Positions 31,491-41,700 of a stretch of DNA of 64,000 nt are shown one piece after another (the first letter of the stretch is position 1; every line of letters begins with the position of its first letter). Under the pieces are notes generated by a model. That model was not told the DNA's origin, made no database searches, and worked only from the letters and a program-made list of their open reading frames with translations. Source of the DNA: an uncultured Methanosarcinaceae archaeon (GTDB lineage: Archaea; Halobacteriota; Methanosarcinia; Methanosarcinales; Methanosarcinaceae); assembly GCA_963847185.1 (NCBI GenBank), contig CAWJYV010000001.1, forward strand, positions 270,843 to 334,842. The letters run 5' to 3'. Made by a program: the position numbers and the translations under genes.

Positions 31491-31934
31491 ATGGCAACAG
31501 CCTCAAGAAGTGATCCGTATAGAAACTTTAGATTCAAAGTCGAAATCGATGGGATAAAAACCGCAAGCTTTGCAGAAGCTACTATCCCGGATACAACAAC
31601 AGACTCTGTTGACTACAGAGAAGGTACGGATTTACCGTACCAGAGAAAGCTTTCGGGTCTCACCAAGTACGGGAACATAACATTAAAGAAAGGATTAACG
31701 GATTCGATGGAACTGTATACATGGAGAAAACTTGTGGAAGATTCCGGTGCAAGCAAAGCAAGAAAGAGCATCTCAATCGTATTGATTGATGAGGAAGGTA
31801 ATGATAAATCCAGATGGGATATCATAGAAGCATGGCCAACTAAGTATTCTTCAGCCGGTTTTGATGCAAAAGGAAATGCTGTGGTAATAGAATCCTTAGA
31901 GTTAGTGCATGAAGGGATAAAGAGAACGAAGTAA
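31491..31934 (+). CDS. Tail tube protein (T4 gp19-like), tube 1
   Basis: DPYRNFRFKVEIDG, YREG, NITLKKG, AWPTKY and ESLELVHEG. Confidence 0.95.
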   Translation: MATASRSDPYRNFRFKVEIDGIKTASFAEATIPDTTTDSVDYREGTDLPYQRKLSGLTKYGNITLKKGLTDSMELYTWRKLVEDSGASKARKSISIVLIDEEGNDKSRWDIIEAWPTKYSSAGFDAKGNAVVIESLELVHEGIKRTK

Positions 31935-31956
31935 GGATTAGACAAGAGGAAGCTAA

Positions 31957-32325
31957 ATGGGAGTTTTACAGACCGAATATGATTTTTCCCTGCCTCTGGG
32001 ATATGCGGACGAATCTGGTACTCTTCACAAAACGGGTAAAATGAGACTTGCCACTGCAGCTGATGAGATACTGCCTATGAAGGACCCGAGGGTACAGAGT
32101 AATCCTGCGTATCTGACTATCATTTTACTTTCCAGAGTTGTTACTCGCCTTGGAGACTTGAAGATGGTAACTCCGCTTGTTATTGAAGGTCTTTTTGCAG
32201 CGGACTTCGCATATCTTCAGGAAATGTATACAAGAATTAATCAGAATGGTTCAAATGTAATCAAAACAGTATGCCCGAAATGTGAACACAGGTTCGATGT
32301 AGAGGTACAGTCTCCGGGGGAATAA
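31957..32325 (+). CDS. Tail assembly chaperone-like protein (gpG-like)
   Basis: TEY.F.LP.GY.D..G.LH..G.MRLATA.DEI, LLSRV, DF.YLQ..Y and a CPKC motif; ends in CCG GGG GAA TAA. Confidence 0.8.
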   Translation: MGVLQTEYDFSLPLGYADESGTLHKTGKMRLATAADEILPMKDPRVQSNPAYLTIILLSRVVTRLGDLKMVTPLVIEGLFAADFAYLQEMYTRINQNGSNVIKTVCPKCEHRFDVEVQSPGE

Positions 32326-32504
32326 TAGGCTACCCCCAAGAATGCCTCTATGAAGAGGTAGCCTTTTTAGCTTACCATTTTCACTGGGATTACGAGACTA
32401 TTATGAATATGGAACATCGAGAGAGGCAGCAATGGTGTGAGGAAGTGAACAAGATAAATAATAAACTTAACGCTAAGGAATCGAAAAGTATTCTAGACAT
32501 TTAG
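32322..32504 (+). CDS. DUF6760-like ORF (gpT-like), not in the ORF track; has no canonical start and is probably expressed by -1 frameshift from the upstream gene
   Basis: Manual translation: IIGYPQECLYEEVAFLAYHFHWDYETIMNMEHRERQQWCEEVNKINNKLNAKESKSILDI*. The in-frame upstream stop is at 32283, with no ATG/GTG/TTG before the conserved LYEEVA..AYHFHW block. Confidence 0.8.
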   Translation: MIGYPQECLYEEVAFLAYHFHWDYETIMNMEHRERQQWCEEVNKINNKLNAKESKSILDI

Positions 32505-32512
32505 GAGGAGCG

Positions 32513-32938
32513 ATGACAGTTGGAGCCCGGAAGGATCCCTATAGTGGTTATAATTTTGTCGTGGAAATAGAGGGCATCCTGGCAGCTGGATTTACCGAGG
32601 TTTCAGGCTTGAGTATGCAAACAGAAGTTGATACCATAAAAGAAGGAGGAGTGAATAATTATGAGCATAAGCTTCCCAGAGGGATAAAATATTCGGATAT
32701 TACATTAAAACGCGGGCTTATGGATCGGGAACTCTGGGCATGGTATCGAAGGACTGTACATGGAAATATTGAAAGAAAAAGCGGTACTATAAGTCTTCGT
32801 GACCATTCCGGAAAAACCGTACTGAGCTGGTTTTTCTTTGATGCATTTCCCATTAAGTGGGAAGGACCCGCACTAAATGCAGCTTCAAATACAGTTGCCA
32901 GTGAGACACTTGTCCTGGCGCATCAGGGTCTCATATAA
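32513..32938 (+). CDS. Tail tube protein (gp19-like), tube 2 (Afp5-like)
   Basis: DPY..YNFVVEIEG, GFTEVSGL, EGGVN, ITLKRG and AFPIKWEGP.LNA. Confidence 0.93.
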   Translation: MTVGARKDPYSGYNFVVEIEGILAAGFTEVSGLSMQTEVDTIKEGGVNNYEHKLPRGIKYSDITLKRGLMDRELWAWYRRTVHGNIERKSGTISLRDHSGKTVLSWFFFDAFPIKWEGPALNAASNTVASETLVLAHQGLI

Positions 32939-32941
32939 TGG

Positions 32942-34681
32942 GTGATTATTGTTCGCTTTCAAAGAAACTATAAAATTATGAGCTCAAATAAGATATTTAC
33001 TGGATCCAATGGTCTGAAGATTAATATACCGAAGTTCGCTATCGGACAGAATAGTTCAAACTTTTCGATGAAGATTGTCGGAAAGTATAATGTATTCCAT
33101 AAGTCCGACAGTCTGCCAGCTTTGATATTCCGTAGATTATCTGACGTAAAAACGAATAATAAGTCATTATATAACGAACCATTCAATATTTTTATAAGTT
33201 TTCAAAATTTCAATGATTTCATCAATCAATTCCAAAAAACTTTAAAGCTGCTCAGTAATTCGATTATAGCAACCAGTGATGTTCATTCATGCATCAACGC
33301 TCTAACATTAAAGAGATATAGCAGTCCAGCCTCCAAATATCCGGAAGTAAAGCGTTATGCTTTTCCAGTAATTGCTACTGGAAAAACTGATGGCATATCA
33401 GGCAGAAAAACGGATACTATAGTAGCCTATCAAAAAGCGCTTAATTTTAACACTTCAACTAACATAGAAATTGTCACTCAGGACATAGAGAAGCCATTTT
33501 TCAAGAAGACGGAAACTGATCCACAGTACGGAAATAATGCAACCGGGCAAATAAGAGAAAGAAAAAAACAATTCATAATGACGTTTAATCAGTATCCCTC
33601 ATACAGAAATATTCTGATATCGGAAAATCCAGTGACTCGGAGTTATTTATACAACAATTTTAATTTTGGGCTCTCAGGTCCAGAGCACAGTCTGACAATC
33701 GCAAGTACAAATAAGACGGATGAAGCTTCAGAAGACGTAAAAGCTGTCACTCCAAGAGCAGACATACCGTCCAAAGTTTCTGCAAACCCGATTTTTCTTG
33801 ATTATATGCATAGTAGAAATATCGATGTATCCGGTTCAGAACCTAACAGGATAATATATGCAGCAAAAAAGGTGGATGCATCTTTAACAGGAAATTTTGG
33901 AACCTCTAAGAGCACTGACTCTCAGAGCACTTATACATTATCTCCCCTGCAAACCAGGAATTCAAAAAATGAGAACAATAGTACTTCCGGACAAGCAGGA
34001 GAAGGTAAAATACAGCTAATTACGGAGTTACAAAGCCTTTATTTTCCCGCCAAATCAAAAATAATATCATTGAACTCCATGAATTCCAGGCATTTACAGC
34101 GAGCACTTAATTTCAAATCAGTCAATTCTAAATTTGAGATGGATTTTTTCAGTACAAAGACTGCAGATAAAGCTTCAACTGTTATATCTCCGGCTTTGCA
34201 AGGAATTGATTCATCATTTCAGCAAATAGGGAACGTGCAGAATCTGAAATACGGATACTTCTTTAACAATGATATTAAACTTACAGGGCGAAACGTGGCT
34301 TCTGTTTTCAAAGATAAAAGGATACTGAGAAAAAGTACCGCTCCATCTCAGGATAATGTTTTCCCATATCCACTGACCGATTTCAAGTACGTTAACGGGT
34401 TCATGAAAAGAAACAGATTATATGAAGTTGGTGAAGACCCTGTATATGACTCAAGGGAACTTGTTCTCAAAAAAACCTTCCCTCAAAAAGTTGAGGTAGT
34501 TTCCGAGAATAATAAAGGGATTCAGACCGAAAATGTCTCTCCAGGCAGGATACGCAACGATCTGGATAAAAAAATGATGGATGAAAAACCGGTACGTGAG
34601 ATCGAGATTATAGCAGATAAGGTATACAAAATCATAGAGAGAAGAATTTCAATCGAAAAAGATAGGAGAGGCTTGTTCTAA
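32942..34681 (+). CDS. Putative tape-measure / Afp14-like low-complexity protein (ATG alternative at 32978)
   Basis: Located between tube 2 and the LysM initiator; S/N/K-rich poorly conserved body with a C-terminal IADKVYKIIERRISIEKDRRG helix. Confidence 0.5.
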   Translation: MIIVRFQRNYKIMSSNKIFTGSNGLKINIPKFAIGQNSSNFSMKIVGKYNVFHKSDSLPALIFRRLSDVKTNNKSLYNEPFNIFISFQNFNDFINQFQKTLKLLSNSIIATSDVHSCINALTLKRYSSPASKYPEVKRYAFPVIATGKTDGISGRKTDTIVAYQKALNFNTSTNIEIVTQDIEKPFFKKTETDPQYGNNATGQIRERKKQFIMTFNQYPSYRNILISENPVTRSYLYNNFNFGLSGPEHSLTIASTNKTDEASEDVKAVTPRADIPSKVSANPIFLDYMHSRNIDVSGSEPNRIIYAAKKVDASLTGNFGTSKSTDSQSTYTLSPLQTRNSKNENNSTSGQAGEGKIQLITELQSLYFPAKSKIISLNSMNSRHLQRALNFKSVNSKFEMDFFSTKTADKASTVISPALQGIDSSFQQIGNVQNLKYGYFFNNDIKLTGRNVASVFKDKRILRKSTAPSQDNVFPYPLTDFKYVNGFMKRNRLYEVGEDPVYDSRELVLKKTFPQKVEVVSENNKGIQTENVSPGRIRNDLDKKMMDEKPVREIEIIADKVYKIIERRISIEKDRRGLF

Positions 34682-35289
34682 TGGTGGAGAAGGCAAAAAT
34701 AAAAGTTGAAGATACCGGGGATATTATCGATGTGATGTTCAATCCAAATGAATATACTGTTTCAACTGCAGCAGAGTTAAGCACCGAAAAATCAAACCCC
34801 TTTTTTAATAAGGTAACACTGGATGATTTTACTGTCAAACTAACTTTTGATACTTACGAAAAAAAAACAGATGTAAGGAAACTCACAAATAAAATCGGAA
34901 AACTTGTTATGCCCACTGTCGAAGGAGCAGAAAGGAAAAAGCCTCCAGTTTGTCTTTTTATCTGGGGCAACTTCACATACAAGGGCATAATCTATAAAGT
35001 TAGCCAAAAGTTTACACTTTTCCTTTCAGACGGGACTCCAGTTAGAGCGGAGTTGACTGTTACCTTTAAAGCCCTCGTGACACCTGAAGAGTATGCAAAA
35101 AATATGGGTATCGAGGCCTGCAGGAAGGTTTGGACTGTGAAAAGCGGTGACAGACTCGACCTCATAGCTAATAAAGCGCTTAAAGATCCAGCCCTCTGGA
35201 GAAGAATAGCAGAAGAAAATAATATTGACAACCCTCTGGCATTTCCAAAGGATAGCGATATTGGCAGAATATTAATAATTCCTGATTAA
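34681..35289 (+). CDS. CIS tube initiator protein with C-terminal LysM (Afp7/Pvc7-like)
   Basis: VMFNPNEY, FDTYE, PP.CLF.WG, F..DGTPVRA and VKSGDRLDLIA...WRRIAEEN.IDNP. Confidence 0.9.
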   Translation: MVEKAKIKVEDTGDIIDVMFNPNEYTVSTAAELSTEKSNPFFNKVTLDDFTVKLTFDTYEKKTDVRKLTNKIGKLVMPTVEGAERKKPPVCLFIWGNFTYKGIIYKVSQKFTLFLSDGTPVRAELTVTFKALVTPEEYAKNMGIEACRKVWTVKSGDRLDLIANKALKDPALWRRIAEENNIDNPLAFPKDSDIGRILIIPD

Positions 35290-35302
35290 GGAGTCTTACT
35301 CG

Positions 35303-36352
35303 ATGGCAGAGGACCCGTTAAATGTTTCCTATTTCAAATTGCTCTTAAATGGAACTGAACTTTCGAACGAGCTAGTTCCAGCAGTTCATGGAATTACCCT
35401 AGAAGATGAACTTAATCTGCCGTCAATGTTTACGATCAAGTTCGACACCGTCGACGGTATAAAAGGTGCATGGAGGGGCATTGATCTTAAAACTTTCAAA
35501 ATGGGGGATACAGTAAAGGTTTCTATGGGTATCGATAGCGCAGTCGATATGATGACAGGTGAGATCACCTCACTGGACTACAATTTTGGAGATTCATGTT
35601 TCATGGATATAAGAGGCTATGACAGACTTCACAGATTGAGATTCGGAACTATGAGACGCTCATTTAAAAATATGAAGGATAGTGATATCGCATTATCCAT
35701 TGCATCGGAGCTCAGTTTGACCTCAGATACCGAAGATACGGGAACTGTCCATCCCTATATATTCCAAAGTAACCAGAGTAATTATGAGTTCCTTATAGAT
35801 CGCGCCAAGCGAATAGGATATGAAATTCTAGTAGATGATAAGACTTTGATATTTCGAAAATCAAAGGAAGACAAATCACCAGAGGTAACTCTAGAATATG
35901 GTAAAGATCTCCAAAGTTTCTTTGTCCAGATAAAGACTCTGACAGAAGGTAGTAAAGTAGAAGTCAGGGGCTGGAATGTCAAAGACAAAGAGGAGATTAG
36001 TTCTATAGCCTCAAAAGGAAGTGAAAAAACTAAAATGTCAGGAACAGAATCAGGCTATGAAATGTCTGAAAAAGCATTCCTTGCATCATCGGTTTCTATT
36101 GTGGATGATGTAGTTCTTGATTCAAAAGATGCGGAAGATATTGCAAAGGCGAAATATAACAGTATGCTCAAAGAGTTCCTGACAGGAGAGGGGGAATGTG
36201 CTGGGAATCCGAAAATAAGAGCTGGAAAGACAATTGAAATTAAAGGCTTAGGTGACAGGTTGAGTGGAACCTATTATGTCATATCAACGGCTCATTCTAT
36301 AAAAAAGGGAGCATACATGACCACGTTTAGAGTAAGGAGAACAGGAATATGA
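35303..36352 (+). CDS. Baseplate hub (phage late control D / gp27-like; VgrG N-terminal half)
   Basis: PSMF.I, G.D.LHRL..G...R.F..MKDSDIA, Q.N.S.YEFL..RA.RIGY, VEVRGW and G.G.RLSG.Y.V....H. Confidence 0.9.
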   Translation: MAEDPLNVSYFKLLLNGTELSNELVPAVHGITLEDELNLPSMFTIKFDTVDGIKGAWRGIDLKTFKMGDTVKVSMGIDSAVDMMTGEITSLDYNFGDSCFMDIRGYDRLHRLRFGTMRRSFKNMKDSDIALSIASELSLTSDTEDTGTVHPYIFQSNQSNYEFLIDRAKRIGYEILVDDKTLIFRKSKEDKSPEVTLEYGKDLQSFFVQIKTLTEGSKVEVRGWNVKDKEEISSIASKGSEKTKMSGTESGYEMSEKAFLASSVSIVDDVVLDSKDAEDIAKAKYNSMLKEFLTGEGECAGNPKIRAGKTIEIKGLGDRLSGTYYVISTAHSIKKGAYMTTFRVRRTGI

Positions 36353-37032
36353 GCATTACAGGGATTCTTGAGCAGAGCAGAAGAGCCGAATCCAAAATTT
36401 ATGGAGTTGTGGTCGGGATTGTCACCAATAATAAGGACCCTGATTCTCTTGGCCGTGTCAAGGTAAAAATCACCCGAATAAGTGGAGAGGATGAATCCAA
36501 CTGGGCAAGGGTTATTTCGTTCATGGCAGGAAAAGAACGAGGTGCTTTTTACTTACCTGAAGTGGATGATGAAGTGCTTGTAGCTTTCGAATACGGTGAC
36601 ATAAATCTCCCTTATGTAATCGGTTCCTTATGGAATGGCAAGGATAGGCCCCCCCTTACAAACGACGACGGAAAGAATAATCTCAGGGTTATTAAATCTC
36701 GAAGCGGCCATATAATACGGCTTGATGACACGGAGGGACAGGAGAAAATCGAGATTGTGGATAAAACTGAAAAAAATATAGTTGTAATCGACTCAAAAGA
36801 AAACAAGATCTCCATTAAATCCGAGAAAGACATAGAGATATCTGCACCAAATGGGAAAGTAACAATTGGAGCAAAAGAAATCGAAATAAAATCTTCTGGA
36901 TCCACAAAGATCGAAGCAAAAGAAATTGAAGCAAAAGCCTCTTCATCCGCAAAGGTCGAAGCTTCATCGAGCATGGATCTTAGGGCTTCTGGAAATCTGA
37001 AAATAAAAGGGGCAACAGTGAACATAAACTGA
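36349..37032 (+). CDS. Spike protein (baseplate assembly protein V / gp5 OB fold; VgrG C-terminal half)
   Basis: GVVVGIVT.NKDP..LGRVKV, WARV, LPEVDDEVLVAFE.GD...PYVIG.LWNG, SRSGH and a beta-helix tail ending ..G..VNIN. Confidence 0.93.
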   Translation: MSITGILEQSRRAESKIYGVVVGIVTNNKDPDSLGRVKVKITRISGEDESNWARVISFMAGKERGAFYLPEVDDEVLVAFEYGDINLPYVIGSLWNGKDRPPLTNDDGKNNLRVIKSRSGHIIRLDDTEGQEKIEIVDKTEKNIVVIDSKENKISIKSEKDIEISAPNGKVTIGAKEIEIKSSGSTKIEAKEIEAKASSSAKVEASSSMDLRASGNLKIKGATVNIN

Positions 37033-37160
37033 GCTGATCCCAAAACTCAAAAACTATTTCTTTGAATCTCAACTTAAAAACATTTAATTGAGCTACTGAT
37101 CAGGAAAGTAATTATGAAATTCCTATGGATATGGAAAAAAATAGGTTTTGGGATAGGCTC
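37031..37160. mobile_element. 130-bp MITE (GAGCCTATCCCAAAAC-type TIR family) inserted in the spike gene stop codon
   Basis: TIRs GAGCTGATCCCAAAAC / GTTTTGGGATAGGCTC; 3-bp TSD ACT (37028-37030 / 37161-37163). Confidence 0.8.
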
Positions 37161-37333
37161 ACTAATTATTAGAATCCTTAAAGAACGATCACATCTGGAC
37201 TTTCAGCTATTTACCTGAATAAAATATAATGATATTGCTTTCCAACAAAATATGGAGCCTAATATTCTAATAAGTTATCTGCTCATTCAAAGTTAAATAA
37301 TTTTTAGTTTTGCTTTTCAATTCTTATTATTTA

Positions 37334-37451
37334 TAGGACTTACGCGGTTGAACTGAATAATCAACTGCGTTAAACCTTCAACTGTCCAAAATTTGGCTTT
37401 AACAGCAATGTTTAGTGCTCTTGATTTTGAACCTCAAGTGCGTAAGTCCTA
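37334..37451. mobile_element. 118-bp MITE (TAGGACTTACGCA-type), copy 3, inverted relative to the 29215 copy
   Basis: TIRs TAGGACTTACGCGGTTGA / TCAAGTGCGTAAGTCCTA; 5-bp TSD ATTTA (37329-37333 / 37452-37456). Confidence 0.9.
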
Positions 37452-37946
37452 ATTTATTAGTTAATTTCATCTTGCAAAACTTAGATTCTTCATGATCCCG
37501 AGTGAATGACTCAACTTCATGTTCGGCAGTGTAGCGAATTTGCTGTAAATTTGAAGTCAATTTTTTGTGTAAGATGAGGACAATTGATCTTCGGATATGT
37601 AATTTTCTACTCAACAACTTTTTGAAATTTGTGATTTTACAGAAAAATCTACACAATGCCTCATGTTCTAAATATTTCGATATAGAAATATTTGAGAACA
37701 TTTAATATGAGAACCCATTTTCAAGCATTATATTTTCTCTTTGGCTTTGTCAATTATTAAAGGAGAGTCATTTCAATTTACAAAGAAGAGTGAAGATTCA
37801 TTCTTTGTTTTAGGACAAATAAAGCTTATTTTTTCTGAGTTTTGAGTTTAAAATGTATTTTTGCAGAAAATACCATTTTATGCGCTTAATATGGAAATAA
37901 CTGATTTTATCCCTATTTGTAAACCAATTTGAAGGATGGATTAATT

Positions 37947-38345
37947 ATGGGGCAACCAGCAGCTAAACAGGGAGATCAGATCATGGCAACAGATATCCAT
38001 ATAATTATGATACCTGCAGCTCCAGCGCCGCCGATCCCAACGCCTTTACCCCACCCTTTTATGGGTATAATAAACGGAAACCTCAGCTCTGATGTGAAAA
38101 TAATGGGGATGCCTGCGGCTACTGTTGATTCTACAGCAACGAACACACCACCCCATATTCCTCAAGGTGGGCCTTTTCAGAAACCGCCATCTAACAAGGC
38201 CACGATAAAGCTGGGAAGCACTACAGTGAAGATAAATGGAAAAATGGCAGCAAGAAACGGAGATATGGCTATGACATGTAATGACCCATCGGATATGCCT
38301 GCTGGAACCGTAGTGGCAGTCGGCACGGTCTTAATAGGGGGATGA
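37947..38345 (+). CDS. PAAR domain spike-tip protein
   Basis: MGQPAAKQGD, PHPF.G, VKI.GMPAA and GS.TVKINGK.AAR.GD....C.D; ends ..VLIGG. Confidence 0.92.
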   Translation: MGQPAAKQGDQIMATDIHIIMIPAAPAPPIPTPLPHPFMGIINGNLSSDVKIMGMPAATVDSTATNTPPHIPQGGPFQKPPSNKATIKLGSTTVKINGKMAARNGDMAMTCNDPSDMPAGTVVAVGTVLIGG

Positions 38346-38346
38346 A

Positions 38347-38745
38347 ATGGAGATCACTGATTTTTTAGGCAGTGGGTGGAAGTATCCGATATCTATTAAG
38401 AATGGCAAGATAGTTCCATCTGTAGGAGAAGATTCCATCAGAGAATCGGTTATAATTATTATCACTACGGCAAAAGGCGAACGCGCCATGAGGCCTGATT
38501 TTGGCTGCGAGATCAATGAACTTGTTTTTGCACAGAACAACACTTCAACGGCAGGGCTAATACAGTTTTACGTAAAAGAGGCACTGTTGAAATGGGAGCC
38601 CAGGATTGAAGTACTTGATGTATCTGTAATCCATGATGAAGATGAAAGAGACAAACTCTTCATAAATATTGAGTATATGGTAAAAACTACAAACACGAAG
38701 GATAACCTGGTTTATCCCTTTTATCTTGACAAAGGTGGGGTCTAA
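38347..38745 (+). CDS. GPW/gp25 family baseplate protein (Afp9-like)
   Basis: FLGSGW.YP, T.KGER.MRPDFGC, WEPRI and NLVYPFY. Confidence 0.95.
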   Translation: MEITDFLGSGWKYPISIKNGKIVPSVGEDSIRESVIIIITTAKGERAMRPDFGCEINELVFAQNNTSTAGLIQFYVKEALLKWEPRIEVLDVSVIHDEDERDKLFINIEYMVKTTNTKDNLVYPFYLDKGGV

Positions 38746-41700
38746 TGCCAGTTGATGCGCCGAAAATCTATCCAATGGATAAAGTAAAACTTGTAGAGCA
38801 GATTCAGAAACTGGCCTTTGAGTATTGCTCATCCGAGTGTCTTCCTGAAGCCTGGAAAGATCTTTCATCCATTCAGTCAGATGAGAAGGCAGATGCCTTA
38901 ATAAACATCTTTGCCAGGATGATGGAGATTATTATTCATAGATTAAATAAGGTGCCGGATAAAAATTTTCTGACTTTTCTGGATCTTATCGGAGTAAGCC
39001 TTTCCCCACCCAGGTCTGCACGCGTCCCTCTTACTTTTACAATGGCCAGTGGGGCAAATAAGTATGGTTTAATTCCTGCATGGACCCAGGTTGCTACAGC
39101 AGAAACTGCAGGACAGGAAGCTGTTGTTTTTGAGACAGAAAAAGCCCTGACGGTTATTTTACCAAAGCTTGTCAAAGCTGTCAGTCTTTCTCCTGCTGAT
39201 GACAAATGGACTGACAATAGTCAGGTCTTGTTTAACAATACTGGAGAAGTAATTGAACTTTTCAGAGGAAAAAACCTGATATCTCATCGTTTATATCTTG
39301 GTCAAAGCAAGCTTTTCAGTTTTAAAGAAGAGACAGCTATTACTCTAGATCTAGATATAAAGATCCCTACTGGTTTCCAGGAACTGGATAAATGGCAGGT
39401 AAAATGGTATTATTTTGATGAAAAATCAGTGCCAAAGATCTTGGATATCGAAAAAACTGAGCCTTCAGATCAAAATGTGATTGACTGGGAAGTTGTTAAT
39501 CTATTAAAAAGTGGATCTATCACTTTCAAACCTGTTGCTGGAATTTCAGAAAAGACATTATCTGGAATTGAAAAAGAAAAAAATCAAAAAAATAACTGGG
39601 TCAATAATTGGATATTTGCAGAATTGAGCACCCCCATTCCTGCAGAAAATTTGCCGACAATCGATACTGTCAATGCAACTGTGAATATCAGTTCTAAATC
39701 GTCTATAGTTCCAGATCTAGCCTTTTTCAATAATTTTCCTCTTGATTTGAGCAAGGATTTTTATCCTTATGGAGAACGACCTAAATTCAATGATACTTTT
39801 TACATCGGCTCAAAAGAGGCCTTTTCTAAAAAGGATGCAGCAATAAGTATGATCGTAACTCTTTCCACGGGAGTGGATGCACCGCTGGCAAGTGAAAAGA
39901 GAAAAATCTGCTGGGAATCATGGAACGGAAGCGATTGGGAAACAGTTAGCGTTAAAACAAAAGATGATCCGCCTATAGTGAATTACGATTTTGCGGGTAA
40001 AAAAGGCGAAAAGAAGATAGTGACTTTCACATGCCCTAATATCGAGGAAAAAGAGATCAACGGAGAAAAAAGCCGCTGGATTCGCGTACGCATTAGTGAA
40101 GGGGATTATGGCCAGGAAGCCAGATATGAAGAGGCACCGACATTTAAAGGTTCAGGAACAATTAGCTACAGTAAAGAGATTGCTATCAGTGGCAAAGAAA
40201 CGCACTTTCTAAGAGAAATCAGAATAGGTGACTCTATTGTCGTAATAAAAAGTCAGATAGGAACTCAAACCAGAACAGTTACTTCAATTGCTTCAGATAA
40301 TTCTCTCACCATTGATTCGCCTTTTAGCGATATTAATGAAACGGAGTTTTATATTAAAAAAATCGGATGGACGTACATACCTGCAACTTATAAGCCTCCG
40401 TCCATAAGCGAACTGACTCTGCAATACAGTTTTAGTTCTAAGGATATTCCTGAGATCATTCTAACATATAACAATTTCGCCTATCATGACGAAACTAAAA
40501 AACCCTTCACTCCATTCCAGCCAGTAGCAGATACTCAGCCAGCTCTTTATCTTGCTTTTGACCAGGATATTTCTACTCTGCCCGTAACTATTTTCTTCCC
40601 CTTGATTAGAAAGACCATTAGTACAAAAAAAGCACCGGTTCCGTTAAATGGTACAGGAACGATATCAAGTAACAATATAACATTAACAGGTACAGGAACA
40701 AACTTTAAGGAGAAATTTAAAGTTGGAGATTCCATAGCAGCAACAGGTCAAGTGAGAACAGTTATATTCATTAGTTCAGACATTTCTCTTAACGTCGATT
40801 CTCCTTTTAATCCTGCACTCCAGGTAGGGACAAAATTCTCCTATACATCCTCACATGAAGAAGTCCAGAATATTCCCTTCCTAATCTGGCAATACTGGAC
40901 AGGCAAGGAATGGAATAAACTGAAGATTGAAGATAGTACAAATAACCTGACAAAAAGAGAATTGATTCAATTTCTTGCCCCTGCAGATGTTGTAAAGAGA
41001 TCCTGTTTCGGTTTTGAATTAGAACACTACTGGATACGAGTGGTTATTGAAAAAGGGAATTATGACGATTTTCCGATCATTAAGGCGATATATACCAACA
41101 CCGTCTGGGCACATAATATGGTCACAGTAAAAGATGAGATACTGGGCTTTAGTAACGGAAAACCAGATCAAACATTCAGTTTCTCCCAATCTCCAATATT
41201 GAGAGGGCAAAAAGTCCTGGTAAGAGAATTATCTCTCTCTGAAGAAGGTAAGAGGACCATAATTTCCGAAGAAGGAGACGATGCCATTGAGGAAATTACT
41301 GATGAAGCTGGCGATATTACCGGTTCCTGGGTACGCTGGCATGAAGTGAAGAACTTTTATTTCTCAAAGCCTAACAGCCGGCATTATATAATAGACCTTA
41401 ACAACGGAAACATAACCTTTGGGAATGGGGAAAGAGGTATGATCCCTCCAGCAGGGAAGAATAATATCAAATGCAGCTACCAAGCCGGAGGTGGTGTGAA
41501 AGGAAATGTTCAGGCAGGCACTATAACTAAGCTAAGAACAACATTTCCCTATATTGATTCAGTAACCAATCATGAAACTGCCTCTGGCGGAGACGATAAA
41601 GAGAATCTTGACAGGGTTCGGGAGCGTGGGCCACAAACTCTTAAACATCGCGACAGAGCTGTCACCTACGAAGATTTTGAGTGGTTAGTTAGGGAGGCAT

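Noticed and set aside
32502-32516. Pyrrolysine readthrough at other terminal UAG stops (e.g. DUF6760 ORF, 13758, 62610)
   Set aside because: Readthrough would add only a short extension with no conserved domain; only the 14268 UAG separates two conserved in-frame halves.
37399-37701. 100-aa minus-strand ORF inside the eCIS operon
   Set aside because: It runs through a MITE and AT-rich intergenic DNA; no coding signal.
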